64,000 bases of DNA from Raillietiella orientalis (Eukaryota): NCBI GenBank assembly GCA_036172245.1, contig JAYWIR010000021.1:248001-312000 (forward strand), read 5' to 3'. Every line of letters begins with the position of its first letter. Positions within the stretch are counted from its first letter, which is position 1. A program made the position numbers and the translations under genes. Of the stretch, positions 23,530 through 36,750 are shown in pieces. A model generated the notes under the pieces. It was not told the DNA's origin. It searched no databases and saw nothing but the letters and a program-made list of their open reading frames with translations.

Positions 23530-24450
23530 GAATCGCCCATGGAATTATCACTTCCCTCTAGAGATCGCCCTAAAGAATGAATGAGGTCGATTTTTGCCTC
23601 CATCCGAGAGCACTGCAGCCCCTCTATGGAATCGGAAACCGTCTTGCGCATGCAACGCCAACTCACAGCGCAAATCTTCGCACACGCGAAAACTGGGGAA
23701 AAAAAGAAGAAAAACTCTAAAAATCTCTGCAGATCTGATGGGTGGTTTTGCTGAAATCACTTCAAAGCGGTGGATGATGCCCTTTGGATCCACGAGATTC
23801 ATAACGTACCCCACGTGCTCTAAGCCTCCAGATCCAAGCGCATTCCGAATTGCGTGGTTTCTTGGAGTCGTTTTGAGCTGTTGGCCACTGTTTTTTCTGG
23901 TCCTCGCGAGGGAACTGGAGTACAAGAGAAGAAGAGAACGTACTGGAAGGTTCGCCGATCACTTCGGTGATTTTGGTAACAGGTCCTGGGTCTTGCAGCG
24001 AACTGGCCAAGGTTACTCTGGGGACCTTCGCGGGCAAGAGGGAAGAGTGACAAGCGTAATTTCAGGGCCTCATTAGATGAAAAGCCAGATTTCAAGAAAG
24101 GGGAGCGACAGTGATGGAAGATCCGAAAAGGAAGGAGGATCTTTGGACTCTCGTGAAATGTCAGCGGATGCTGGAGACCACGCATTTGAGCGGACTGAGG
24201 AAACCATCACAAAAGGCGATAAGAATTAGCTCACTCGCGCTATCATTCCACCACGTTTGATCAAGGGAACGATCTGGACCAACCTAACGGTGACTCGACA
24301 GCGCATCAAACAGCGACGAAAATGCAAAACTTTCTCTTTTGTCAGTGAAGAAGTTGTAGCCGCGCGGTCCTGACGCACTTGCTGTCCTCGCGTTCTCTTC
24401 TTCATCACCCTTGCCTTAACACTTGCTATGCTCAGCTGCACTTCTTCCAT
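23530..24450 (-). mobile_element. RLE-clade RT/thumb fragment, convergent with the preceding element
   Basis: TRGQQVRQD (GV.QG), SGFSSN (GL..N) and NALGSGGLE (GGLG). Confidence 0.4.
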
Positions 24451-24619
24451 TCATGGGGTGTGTTTCACGAGTAATGTCGGAGATGGACCACCGGTGTTGC
24501 CAAACGACATGCGTTTTGGTGCGTTATTACTATTATTATTACACGCACTGAAGTTGAAAAAGAAAAAACGGAATTTTTGATTTCCTGCAACATGTCTCTG
24601 GGTTCCGGGATCACTCCTG

Positions 24620-25400
24620 GCTGGGCGTCAAGACAATGTCCACCTCAAACTCCCGCAGAGTTGGATGGCCACCTCGCCTCGCGAACCCTTTCTGGGAGCA
24701 GCAGACGGTTTCGAGATCGCGCGAGATGCTTCCTCTAGCATCCCGACCGAGTCCTCCGGAGCTCATTTTCACTCGCAGGAGAGTTTTGTCGCAGGTCATT
24801 CCCGCATCCAGCATCTCTCCCAAGCCGAAGACTTCGCGTGAATGCCACTTCGCCGAATGTCACAGGTCATACGAATGCCATATCTCACATGCTTGCAGCG
24901 TTCGGCTCGGTGCAGTGCGATGTCCCCAGGCAGAGTCTTCGGAGAACAACAGCTCGTCACGCCTACTTTGAGCAAGAGCTTCAGCTGCAGTGTCTCCGAA
25001 GACGCAGAACTCGTGATTCCAAGCGACTCGACATGCGGTTCGAGGAAGCGCGGAGATGTTCGAACCAGGGACTCTCGGCGCGTCTAAAATCACAGCATCC
25101 TCTCGAGATACGTTCATCTCATGTCGCCATTAGTCAGTTGAGGATTCTCCACGAAATTACTTCAGGCAAAGTACACAGAGAGAACTCGTGATGCGAGCAG
25201 TAATTTATGTTGCGAAGCGTGTGCACATCCTCGGGTAATTTCCACGCTAATTTGAAATAATTCTTCCCATGCAACACTGCATGTCCGAACTCGTGACCGA
25301 ACTTTGCACTTCCAAAGCAGTTTGGACGGGTTCTTGCGGCATTCGTATAAAATGGGCACCTTGCAAGCATTCCACTGGAAGAAGAAGAAGAAAGAGAGCA
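24620..25400 (+). mobile_element. R2-like CCHC + RLE 3' fragment
   Basis: CHFAECHRSYECHISHACSV (CxxC...H..C) followed by HVAI...ITSGKVH (DV.I...K..KY). Confidence 0.45.
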
Positions 25401-26435
25401 CCGACCACGGCAGCTCGCTCAGATCCCGCGGAGAGGAACGAAAGATTTCAACGAGAGAATCCACCAACCAGCAACCTCGATGAACTCCTGAAGCATAAAA
25501 GGGACTTCCAGTGGCGCGGGGGGGGCCATCCGTTTTGACGAGCAGTTGACACTTCTACAGATGGCCAGTAGACGCCCGGCGCCTCACGTGTTGTTCGGCA
25601 GCGGCTTTCCATGATCACCGAGCCACATGTCGGATGCCCGTGGTGATTCAACCGGGATGACGCCAGATTTACTTGGAATGCAGGTCACACGCACGGCGGA
25701 CTTGTGGAATTATTGTGACCGTTGTTGTGGCAGTGAGGTGAGCATTTCCACAGGGCGGAAGAACAGAAAGGGTTGGAAGTGCTTGGTTTGCGGGACCCTG
25801 CTCCAAGGAGCCGGTCTTTACTTCCCTTTTCTTCTCAGGATCTAAGCGCCTTGCTGCAAACCTTCCTATAAGAGCGTCCTTGAAGAAAGTCTGCCTCCGG
25901 GAAGTCTTTTCGCAGGGTGCCATGAGTTCTCATTTTATTTAACATTTCAACGGTTTCGAATGGCGGCATTCCATTGATGGAAGCAGAAAACTGCTGTCGA
26001 CGCAGATAGAGAAAAAGAAACTACCGATGCAAAGAATGGAGTCGTTTGATGCTTCTATCAGAGCGCGCACCGATATGCCTCTATGAAAAATAGAGCAAGA
26101 GTAAAAGGCAGTCGCGAAGTGAAAGTGCATCTTAAAGCAGGAGCGATAAAAGGAACCGTCGAGTCAAAAAATACAAAGAAAAGCGCTAGCAAAAAAAAGG
26201 AAAAAAGAAAAAAAAGAGCAAATCTGGAGCACGGTTATAAATATGGAAAAGCATTGCCCCTGGTTCCGATTGCTTTGACTGATGCACGAGGAAAGTTGTG
26301 GTTGATTTTTCTGTAATTTCCCACATTGGGAAAAGACGAAACGGCTGCTTTTCGCGAGGAGGAATAGCAAGCACGCGACGGAGGAGTCGCAGGAAGATTT
26401 CGGAAAGGGCAGTGCAGCAGCAGCAGCTGCTGGCT

Positions 26436-26543
26436 GGCGGGCGAGGCGCGTCAACCACACCTCCTCGCGCGGTCGCTCAGGTCGCGCCCCACGGCTGCAG
26501 CTCTGTGAGCCCTCTTAGAGCCAGAGGGGCGCGCCAAGTCTTC
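26436..26543 (+). ncRNA. Candidate degenerate HDV-like self-cleaving ribozyme
   Basis: P3 ACC/GGT closes L3 TCCTCGCGC. GG at 26480-26481 could form P1.1. There is a perfect 8-bp P4 (cgcgcccc 26483-26490 / ggggcgcg 26526-26533), then C-C-A-A as J4/2. P1 has only 5 bp and P2 is only partly paired. Confidence 0.4.
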
Positions 26544-26549
26544 TTCGAG

Positions 26550-28050
26550 AGCAAGGACGAGGTGGCCGGCTACCGAGCTCGCTTCCATGGAGACGGGAGC
26601 TGCACGCTCAGGTGAACGGGGAAGAGACCGAATTCCTTGTGCGGGGGCAGCCGAGGATCCCTGACGACGACTTCTTCCTCAACGGTCCTCGTCCAAGTGC
26701 CCGCAGGCCGGCAGCGCTGGAGGCAGCAAGACTTATGGTGCTGTGATGAAACAGTTGCTTTCGTTGCGCGCTCGCAAGAAGTGACGAAGAAAACAGAAGC
26801 AGCAGGAGATGAGGAAAAGTCGTGGCCTAACTACTTTTTGTTTCCATAGTATCAAAGTAGTGCCTAGGAACCAGACGCACCACTCTTGATTAAGTTTTCA
26901 CAAAGGCTGCGCGTGTCCGAGGATTAGGTGCCATCGTGTGGTGTGACGACAAGCTGCCCAAGCGACCCTAATTTTGGATGGCGGCCGGAGATACGGTCCT
27001 ACGTGAAGGAGTAACCGAATGTCTTTCATTCCAGCCATGTTGAAGGAGAGTCACCAGCGGCCTTTGCCGAGGCCGCGAGGGAGGAAGCGTCGCTTCCATG
27101 GTACAAAAATCCATTCTAGCTCTCGCCCGATCTTCCTTTTCCTGGTAACATCAGCTGGTGGGAACCGTAGCATCCAGAGAGCCGTTATGGCGGGAACATT
27201 CTCTTTCTCCCTGCCTCCGGACGGATGACAACGCATTCTTTTTTTCTCTCCAGCGGAAGCAAAACGGCAAAGAGAGATGTTTTCTGCCCTTTCCCCCTTA
27301 TGTTTGGCTCACGGATCGGAGAGGCAAACCTCCTTGCCAACACAGCGCTTTTGTTAAAAGGGGGAAATGTTTCAAGTTCCGGTCATTTCTCTGCTTTGCT
27401 TTCCTTCACCTGCTCAGCCCACCTTCTTTGCCCAGCGAGAGGGAGCACTGGAAAAGTGGGAGGGGTTTCGCAACAAATGAAAAGAAAGGGTTATCTAAGT
27501 TTCCCCTCCACATTTTGACGACCGACGGGTATGCTGGATGCTGAAATTAGGTATGCAGATTTAGAGGAAGCGATTTTCCTTTCGGGAACTGGAACGCAGA
27601 GGGCATTCTCGACACAACGGGTTCATACCCAAGAAGTTCTGAATCAGAACAGTCGATTAGGAAGGGGCGCGCCCTCTGCCTCTTCCACCTACGAAGCGTG
27701 GAAAAGTCCCCTAAGCGAATTCAAGGCCCCATGCTGCATTGGCACTGACCGAAGTAGATAGTAGACGGTTTTTCCGCAGGCCTCGCTATTCGACGTAGAG
27801 GTGAGGAAGAGGATGAAAGAGCAGGAAGCTGGCGAGAGAGCCCGGTCGCTAGTGGAACTATAATATTCTTTTCTCACCGAAACACGGATGTCCAGACGCA
27901 GTTCGCCGGTCTCCCTGGGAAGCCATTCTCAGCATCCAAGTGGCGTGAGAAATCTGATTCCACCGCCTTAGTTTTGCTTCCTTCCTCCCCAGCGACATCA
28001 CGTGCGGTTATTGCCACACAAGTGATGGTATGAGAGAGCGAGGTCAATTC
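26550..28050 (+). mobile_element. 5' part of an RLE-clade element up to the start of RT
   Basis: RVHTQEVLNQNSRLGRGAPSASSTYEAWK matches I..EEV...L.....APGPDG..Y..WK. Confidence 0.4.
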
Positions 28051-28149
28051 TCTTGAATGTGGAAAAATAACGTCTCCCTTCTCTTAATAAAACATCGGTG
28101 TTCGTGTCTATAATTATCTTTTTATCTACAAGGTAATTATAGATTCAGA

Positions 28150-29900
28150 TGAATTCCAGAGAAGACGCTCGAGTTCTTAAGGTCCATTTCCTTCTTAGGA
28201 AAGGTTTTTTTTTTTTACGTATGCGGGTAGTCAGGGAAAAGAAGAAACTACGGTTTCCAGTAGATCTGAAAGCCATCGGCGCCACCATTCGGGAAGACCA
28301 TTTCATCGAGTTGATTTTAGAAAACGGTTGGCCACAGCTGTCCACCAGAATAACAGGTCGCAATTTTTTGTCAGCTGAAGCAGCTCCTGTTTCTCATTGA
28401 TGCGGGATCCAAAGCCTCTCCAGTTCGCAGTGTCCGTTCATCTTCTACGATGCACCACATCATAGGGGAGTGCAGGCAACCGAGCACAAAACAGATCTGC
28501 GGACATTCGTATACCAACGTCGGGCTGGAACGTAGTGGACCTGTGATTCTCTCCCGTTACCGTCTCCACTGGGAGTAGAGTTAGTTAACCCAGATGTCTC
28601 CAAATTCTGAGCGACGGCCATGTGGCAGTCCGAGTCGAAAACTCCGAAGAGACAGAATGATCCAAGGAATAGCCTACCGTGTGGAACCTCTCCTGAATGG
28701 GAACAGGTGGCAAAACATTCATGGCTGTAGAAGAAGAAAGGATTAGCGCGAGCCTTTTGTCCTGGAAGTTTCGTCTCGAGCTGAAGAGATAGCGGGGAAT
28801 CGCAGCATGGAAACTCAACGATAGCTGCAGAAGATGCCGCCAGTCCAGTCTGACGCTCTTTCTTAAGTTTGTCATTACAAGACCGATTGCTGAACAGCCA
28901 CTTTTCGTCATTCTTTTTCTAAATGATGGGAGGATCATCGCATCCGAATGCACCGACCCACTGAACAAGTTCGCTACGTGCAGCTCGTCGAGGGCAACTG
29001 ATCAGCAGAGCTGCTGCAGAAGCTTCCGGCTCCCGAAGTCCATCACCCAATACTCAAGTCCTTGTTTTTCGTACAGTTTGTTCCGGGATCTGTTTCGTCC
29101 GCACGCATGTCCATCCACCTCTGCTGCCAGACCCACAAGTGTCACGCCGAAAGGAATTCCGGTGCACTCCGAAATCAAACAGCCGTGCGAGCATTGAACT
29201 ACTTGAGACGAGTGGCGGTGGTCGTGCTTTCCTTTCTTTACACACCAGCCAGAAGTCTCCACACAGTTTAAGGTGGGATGAAATGAGATGAACAAATATT
29301 TGTGATTCATCCTTGAGGGATCGGACTGCTAGAAGTCATCCAACAGGAGGAGGTGGAGTAGCAGGTTGATGTTCCGCCAGATGCCCCCTCCTCTTTCCCC
29401 CAAGTTTTCCTCCACAAAAAACGCAACTCCGGATGGGGAGGCTCCCCCTCTTAATAACAGGTTAAGAGCAGTGGTCCGGTTCCCACTTCCACGATGCCAG
29501 GAATCAGCAGAGAGTTCATGTCTCAGCAGTGCATGAACTGGTCTGCTGGATTAGAGACGGCTGTTGGGATAAGAAATGCCATGACCTCCGTTCAGCTTCC
29601 GACTTGGTTCTTTCCCTTTGGGCACATTCCTTTTGACCTCTCAAGCGTTTTTCCACTTGATGACTCCGAGAGTTTCATCATCCAGCGATTAACGAGTGAG
29701 CCTCTCCCACACGGACAGCTGCTGTGGCAGAACTGTGCCGCGTTCTCTCATTTTTTTTTTTTTGGCTTGCCGGGCACCCGTGGGGAAGAAATTTCCAGAC
29801 TCCTCCATCTTCACTTTCCATCTCGTGATTTCCGTCATCAATTTCATCCCCTTATTGATTGTTCCTCACTTATGCTATCTGAAGTCCATCTCTTTCCAGC
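28150..29900 (-). mobile_element. hAT transposase remnant(s) with a TTF-type zinc finger
   Basis: QFCHSSC...GVIKWKNA (TTF finger), IGLVMTN..QLSLSF..RY...QDKRLAL (catalytic D region) and LTKNCDLLFW..VANRFL (C.TRW). Confidence 0.5.
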
Positions 29901-29999
29901 TGTGCCACTCTACGACAGCATCCTGTTTCGAGCTGTCCCCTGATTATGATGTTCCGCATAGCTCTGCGTGCGCGTGCGTTGAGCAAAAGGACGGAGAAG

Positions 30000-30900
30000 A
30001 GATGGCGCATGCAGGCCGAGGTGGAGAACTACCGCGCGGGGGAAAGGGCGCCCGCGTCCTCCCGATCGCCGTAGAAACGGCCTGTCGCTAATGAGGGTGG
30101 CTGAGACTCCGACGCAGCTAGACGCCCCCGAGGTCCTGGCTCGCCACGATCTCGAAATGCTGCAGCGGTTCCTTCCTGAGCGGCACCATCCATCATTCCG
30201 TAGACCAGTGGTCCGTGACTCCGGTTCGGATGAAAGCACAGCTTCCGCGCTTCTCCACCGGTGAACTTACACAGATCCGATCGTCGCTCTTCGGAAAAAG
30301 ATGGAGAAGTCCGATTTGCTCGGACTGGGGGGCAACAAAGAAGAGGAACCTTTTCTCTTAGGCCCCCACTCACGCTTGGGAGCTGGCGTGCGCATGGCTT
30401 TGGTTTCCAGGACAGCACCCCAGCACTGCATGGAGCAAGGGGCAAGGTACCTGCCTACGCCAAAACACCTCTATTCTTATCGCAACTCACGGGCCTGAGG
30501 CGAGAGCGCCCTTTGCTGAGGGTCACGATGCCGGATTGAAAATGCGTCCGGGACTTCCGTCGTTCGGATGATGGGGAAACGAGGCTTCCGGGCAGGTACC
30601 GTGGCAGCTGCTCAGAGTTCTGGGGAGGCTTTTGAAGCGCTCTCAGCGTCCTCAAGAGACGAGAACGAGGGTGCGGTTCGGCAGGCAGGAAAACCTTCCA
30701 CCGACGCATCCGCCATCAGGAGCCGCATGGCCCTCCTGCTCGGACTCTTCGGCGCGTGGGGAGTGAAGCGGTTAGCAGTGGAAGGAAAAGTGGTAGGAAA
30801 ACGAGTGGAATTCGCGGTCTGGACTGTGGGATCCCGGAAGCCGGCCATCCGCGGCCGCGTTCGCTCTCCCGAAGTGCGGAAGGCAAACCGCGGCACGTCG
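30000..30900 (+). mobile_element. RLE 3' fragment
   Basis: ARYLPT (R..LPT) and LLLGLFGAWG (G.LGAW). Confidence 0.4.
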
Positions 30901-31049
30901 GTGACCGGCGATTTCGTTCTCGAGATCGCATCGCATCCGGAGAGCTTCGCCTGTGACCACGTCCAGCTGCGTGAGGCGGTTATTGTAGCAATAAGCATGC
31001 AAAGAAAGAAGAAGAGGAGGAGGAAGAAAAAGCCATAGTCCAGAGTAGG

Positions 31050-32620
31050 ACCGCTGTCCTGAACCGAAAAGTCCGAAGATCCCTGGATGAGCTGGCGAGG
31101 TGCCTGCTGGCTAGCCGCTGAGGAGGAGAAGAGGAAGCACCAAGCAAGGATACAGAAAAAACGTGTGTCTCTGTGAGAGGGGAGTAGCCGTGACGCGGGA
31201 GAGACGGTCACGTTCTTGTGCTCCTCCGCATCCTATAGAGGATGCTGGCAAGCTGCACACTTAAGGGATGCTCCCTCTCTGTTAAGCAGTTTCCCCTTGT
31301 TTCCCTCAATAGGGAGGTGGTCTTCGAGTAGATGGCGCTCTCTTCGCGCTGTGCTCTTCACACTGCCTTCCGCGCCGCTGCGGGCGGCGTTGCGCTGCCC
31401 ACGGAGAGGCGCCCTGGCACGTCGCCAGGTTGTTATTCCGGAGTGGCAGATCCGGCTCCGCCTCAGGGTCCCCAGGTACTCTTCGTTCAACGGGATTGCT
31501 CCGCGCAGCCGTACCGAACAGCTCGTGCGGCCAGATGGTTCCGGGGATGTAGAGCTACACCTTGAGACGCAAGCCGGAAGTCCCGAGCGACTTCCCTCGA
31601 CTGCCTGGCTTGCCGCTTCGTTCCCCCGGTGAAGAACAAGCAGCATCTCTTGATCTTTCTCGCGCGTCTGCTTCGTCTCTCTCGACTCGACCAACAGATG
31701 GCGGTGCTCATGCACGCTTGCTGAGTTCAGGTGCGACGGGTCGATCCCAAGGGGGGAGGCGACGGAGCCCCTGATGCAAACCCCTGACTGCTTGGAGTAG
31801 CTGACCCGGTGAAAAGAGTCCGCGCAACTTGCCTTTCTATGGCGGCCACAAGGAAAGAGGTTCCGGGAAAAAAGCTCGGTCCCTCCTCGGGTTTGGAACG
31901 AGGCCTGTCGACTGCATGAGGCGTAGACGCAGTTCATAGCTCAAGGAACGAGGGTGTCTTCAAAACGGATGCGCGTGTTGGACGCAGGGAAAGTAAAGCG
32001 TGCTGTTCCTCCAACAGAATCCTCCACCCCATGGAGATCAAGGACAGCACCTTCCCCAGAGAAACCTGAAGATTCGATGAGCGTTTTTCACGGTTGCCGT
32101 TTGGTCTTCTTCTCTGGAAGAAGAGCAGAATGTCTCCGGGTGAGAGAATTCTTGCCAACATCAGGCGCATCAAGAGGCTGCATCTGTGGATGCCTGAAGA
32201 CTGCGCCGGTGCAGATTATGAAAGATTCTTCCAGCCTTGCTCCTGTTGCGTTGTGCTGACTAAGCATCTGCCACCGCATCCACCTCCAGGGAACAGATTG
32301 CATAGCTCCTTATTATCGACGGAGGAAATGCTGAGGCGAAGGAAAGAACCTTTTTTCTTTGTTTCCCTTCCTGCTTCCCCATTCGCCTTTCTCCCAGAGA
32401 CGTTTTTTGAAAATGACATGTTTTTGTTCCCTAAGCCGCGCCGGCGTTCTGTGGACAGCTCGTGCCTCGGACTGGTTCCCTTGGATAAGCTCCAGAGTCC
32501 GTCGAAAGCGGCTGGAAGAATGAACTGAAAGGTCAGAGGGATGTTTGGCGGAGGTCCCGCTGCGAGCGCCATCCCTGTTTTGGCGAATCCTCTGCTGGCT
32601 GATGGTTTCACATAGATGAC
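31050..32620 (-). mobile_element. RLE-clade reverse transcriptase remnant
   Basis: Ordered motifs: LQVSLGKVLS, SGVCIRGSVASPL (GV.QG..SPL), SGLPACVSRCSS (GL..N..KC) and NEEYLG (YLG). Confidence 0.55.
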
Positions 32621-32669
32621 GTCATCCAGACTTGGCTGGTCGGCGCTAAGGGCAGTCGTGTGTCCTCAG

Positions 32670-33000
32670 ACCACCTCTCTAAAAGGAATCAGCGTGAGAT
32701 GGTCTCAAGACAAGGATGGACGCATAGGTGCTTGTGCCGTTTCCATAATACCTTGCTAGAAACCGACACCATCGCCCTGTACGGAAGGTGCGGCACCTCA
32801 TGAAGTGGTGCCTCCTCGAGCTAGCTCTATCAAAAGAAGAGAAGAGAGTCGTTTTCGATGGAGGTGGATCGAACGGTTCAAGTGTTCCTTCAGTGGACGG
32901 ACATGGACAAAACGAGGACACTTTTCTTTGGGATTCTTCTGGCCACTTCCAGGCACCCACAAGGCTCTGAGAAAGGGTCTTCTTTCACGGAGAGAAACCA
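32670..33000 (+). mobile_element. R2-like zinc finger + Myb fragment
   Basis: LKTRMD...LARNRH (TK.G..H..HP..RN) followed by KWCLLELALSKEE (W..EE..L). Confidence 0.3.
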
Positions 33001-33758
33001 CCTTCTGAATCTCCAGGAAGAATCCGAGAATTCAGAAGCTGAAGAAAGTGAAGTCCCGTCTTTGAAATTTCCCTCGGGAGGGGCACGAGGCTTGGCACGT
33101 TACGTAAGAAGAGGAAGAATGACAGAGTGCGCCTGGAAGAGCCCATCCGGAATTTGGGAAGACGTTTGTCATAGTCCATTTCTGGGTCACAGTGTTCCAT
33201 CACGTTCTCACATTCGCCATACAAATTATGGCGAACTCAACAGTGCTGACTTATTGGTAATTAATGTGAACGAAGCGCTGCTTATCTCGTGGAGGTGAAT
33301 GCAACGGAAAACTTTCATATGAATGGAAAACAAACACCCATGAAAGGTGAAAACTCATTAAGAACATGCCAGTTTTAAAAATAATTCGGGAACCAGCAGG
33401 CTGCTAGGAAACCGGAGGTGTTTCCTGAAGTTGCATTTCACCCTCCTTCCATTGCATTTCTTGGGTGTGCTCATCAGTTTTGCAACTGAATCGTGGAGTC
33501 GTAGAGAGCAAACGCGTGGAAGAGAGAGAGAGAGAAACAGCAGAAAAACAGCAAAGTTTTGCAACGTGGGAACACCTGTACATGTGTATACACAGATCCC
33601 TATGTGTACATAAATATGCATTTATATGTTGCCTATCATTAGGGAGTGAATTTGACTAAGTATGAAATGAGTTTACGGAATGACCACTTCATTCCATTCC
33701 GGGGTTACGGGATTCCTGATTTTCCACCCACATTTCCTGCTCGTATCTTCCAAAAAAG

Positions 33759-33781
33759 CAAGAAGAAGAAGAAGAAGAAGA
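33759..33781 (+). repeat. (AAG)n microsatellite
   Basis: Read directly. Confidence 0.9.
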
Positions 33782-34038
33782 AAAAAATTAAGCCGGGCAT
33801 TCCAAAGCATAAAAATGCTGCACTTCGCTCCCAATGTTGGGAAAATGAATCTGAACGTCTGCGTTAGGAATTTTGTCCCACTGACCCAAGAAACAAGGAT
33901 TTAAAATTATCTTAACAAATCTGGCTTACGCTTGAAATTCCAGGGTTACCATCTATCTTCTTTGATGCCCTGGAGCTGAATTTCAGCTTGGATACCAATG
34001 AAGCAAACAGCCAGCACGTTTCACCAAGTGACCGAAAG

Positions 34039-34063
34039 ACACACACACACACACACACACACA
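34039..34063 (+). repeat. (AC)n microsatellite
   Basis: Read directly. Confidence 0.95.
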
Positions 34064-34119
34064 TGCATGCATGCATATTCCCAAGCGTGGCTATTCGGAC
34101 GGTCGTTTCTTAAGAACAG

Positions 34120-35290
34120 GCATTTTTCTCTCGTGTGTTGACGTTTGGTTGGTAGAGCTGCAGAAGAGCTGGAAATCGCGTCCAACTCTTCCGGATCCCT
34201 GTGCCAGGAAATGAAGGGAAACGAACTCATAATGGACCGTCCGAGGGATTTGTTCGCAGTGCGGCCGGTTGCAGCCTCCGTTGCAAAATCCAAGATTTGT
34301 GATTCTGGACGTCGACCCAAACCAGCCGGTTGAACTCTCGGAAGGCTCCTTACGGAATTCACTGATTTTCTCAGGTGGAATTCCGTGAAGACCACTGGTT
34401 TTGGGGGGGGGGGGGAGACATCCCACGGAGAACTCCTTCTTAAGGAAAAAATCCTCTCACCGAAGCCACGCATGCTGACTGTTGACAGCTGTGTATTTGT
34501 TTTTTTTTTTTTTTTCCGCCGTTTTTGTGAGCATGGAAACAGAATCGGATAGAATTCTTTTGTGAAGCAGTCACTGGCTGCAGTGCTGCAAGAACCAGTT
34601 GACAAACTGGTGGGCAGGAATATGACAAATGACCAAAGCAGAAGGGGAAAGACAAAAAGCAGTACGAAGGAGAGAGCGCTGCCCAAATTCACCATTCCAT
34701 CACTAAGAGCGCGTGAGAAACCCGGGGAGAAGTCGGGAGTAGGGATTTCCCAAACACGTGCGGAAACGTTCATGACTTCCCGCTCTGCACGGGTTGGTGC
34801 GACTCGGATGGGAACTCGCTGTGTGGAAAGAGTGCGGTCATTTCGTAGGTGGTGCTTTCGGGCGCTGCTGACTCTTCGGGTTGCACGCATGGCGCAGTGA
34901 CGTAACGAGCCCAGCGGACCTTTGCGAGTGCGAAACGACGCGGAGGACCCACGCTGTCCCGCGGCATCGCGTGTCCTGGAACTTCACGAACCGCCACCGG
35001 CCCCTGGAATCGGGTCGGCTGCGGTGGCGCGCGGGACCCTGGACAAGGGGTTTGACCGCGATCAGTCTCGGCAGCTTCGCGAGAGACGCGCGCTGCACCG
35101 GAGGCAATCCGATGGCTTCCGACGATGGCAAATGCAGCCGCCGAGCCAGCGAGCGAAATCCATCCTGCCATCCGATCTGGGCTGGCGAGTGCGTCTGCAT
35201 TTGGAAGGCTTTTCTTTTCCTTTTCCTTTTTTGCAAGCCTAAGAAAACGTCCAGCGAGCGGGGTTTCCGACAAGTCATTGCTGCTGATTC
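34120..35290 (+). mobile_element. RT C-terminal + CCHC/RLE remnant
   Basis: AAEELEIASNSSGSL (FADDL.L.S.S) and LCECETTRRTHAV...NRH (C.C.ET..H...RH). Confidence 0.4.
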
Positions 35291-35699
35291 ATGATTTGAA
35301 GGTCGTAAGATGTCAAATGGGTCACAAGGTAAAATCAATGAACATCTTTCCGCCTTACTATTATTTTGGAGATATGGCTTCCTATGATCGATCAGGTCCT
35401 CAAACGTTTTTTAGCATCGGGAGCCGAAGCGTGTCCACGTCAAGATTCCAGGAAATGCACCGGCATGAATTATTATCATCGTTAAAATACATTAGTATAA
35501 TGGGCGTCCTCAATTCCCGAGGATGACGTTAGCGAATTTCATTTGAAAGCCAATCGGTTCTCAGTGTGGCAAACAGTTGGTCCAAAGACGGATCCGTCCT
35601 CGGATATTAACGATAAATTTGTTATTAAATGGGATGGATAAATCTGTAAATTTCCAGACGATTTTCTCGTCACGTGGAACGGCACGAATGCGCGTGCGC

Positions 35700-36750
35700 C
35701 GCAAGATGCAGGAGGCTGGAATCAAGGGGAGGGAAGCTGAGGCTCGGAATGACTGGAAACGAAGACCGGCAACGTTCTACCGGATGAGGCAGCCCTGGCT
35801 AGGATGATTTCGCAAATTTCCATCCTTCCCGCTGGTGCCAGCAGGAAGGCGATTCCGAGTCGATTCCTCCCTTTCTCACAGACTCCCGTTCCCAGCTTCC
35901 ACAGCTGCTGACCCTCCGCGATGTGTTCAAGGTACGTTTTGCAAGACGGTCTTCAGATTCGAGCGGGGAAGTAGCGATTAGGGCGGTAATCAGGCAGTGG
36001 GCTATGGCAAGAAAGACCTGTTCACCGTGGGGACAAAGAAGGTGGCAAGCGGTGAGCATGAATGATGGTAGACGCGGAGCATAAATACATCACCGGAAGG
36101 TGCAATGAACGTTCATCTTACGGCTGCACTGCGAATCCAGAAACGGAATCATCTGCGACTTTGCCAATCACGGACTATTTGGGACGTGAAGTCTTTACGA
36201 TGAAGAGTCAAGCGGGAATACAGTGTTGGTAACACTCCATCATCGCATGTCCTGGTGTGCCAAGCCCAGCCACTTTGCGATGGCTTCGTGTGGTTTGCCA
36301 ATCGCGGCTGCTCATTTACTGCGCATGCCAAGGAATGCGAGCTTCCTACACCGAGCTTGGAAGACAGGACCCACTGCTCGAATCCTCAAAGATTGAGTTA
36401 TGTGATCGATGCTCGACAACGATGCTTTCGTAGGACAGTAATGACTTTCCTCCGACCCGAATGGAATGCTCCTTCCAGATAAATCATCCTGACCGATGCA
36501 GGATCAGACAGCGCTGGAGCCTCATTTGGATCAGATCCTGCCGCAAGGATTCGCAGTCCCGTCCACAAGTGGGAGGAGGCTGCTTGGAAACCGTCTGTAT
36601 TCCGGTCTGCCGCTGCGGTTCGCATCTCGGGAAGTGGAATCGGGAAACCATCGCGCGATGGACCAGGTTCGCGCATGCCATCCCGAAGGGCGCTCGCTCG
36701 ATCCGGCTAAAGCAGATCCAGAGAAAGGAACGCTCGTGAAAGAATGAAGC
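35700..36750 (+). mobile_element. R2-like CCHC + RLE remnant
   Basis: NTPSSHVLVC (ET.SHVL.C) and IPVCRCGSHLGKWN (P..VGS.G.W). Confidence 0.45.

Noticed and set aside
25450..25930. Possible Tc1/mariner fragment on the minus strand (GWPPPRH)
   Set aside because: It rests on a single weak motif, which is not enough to call.
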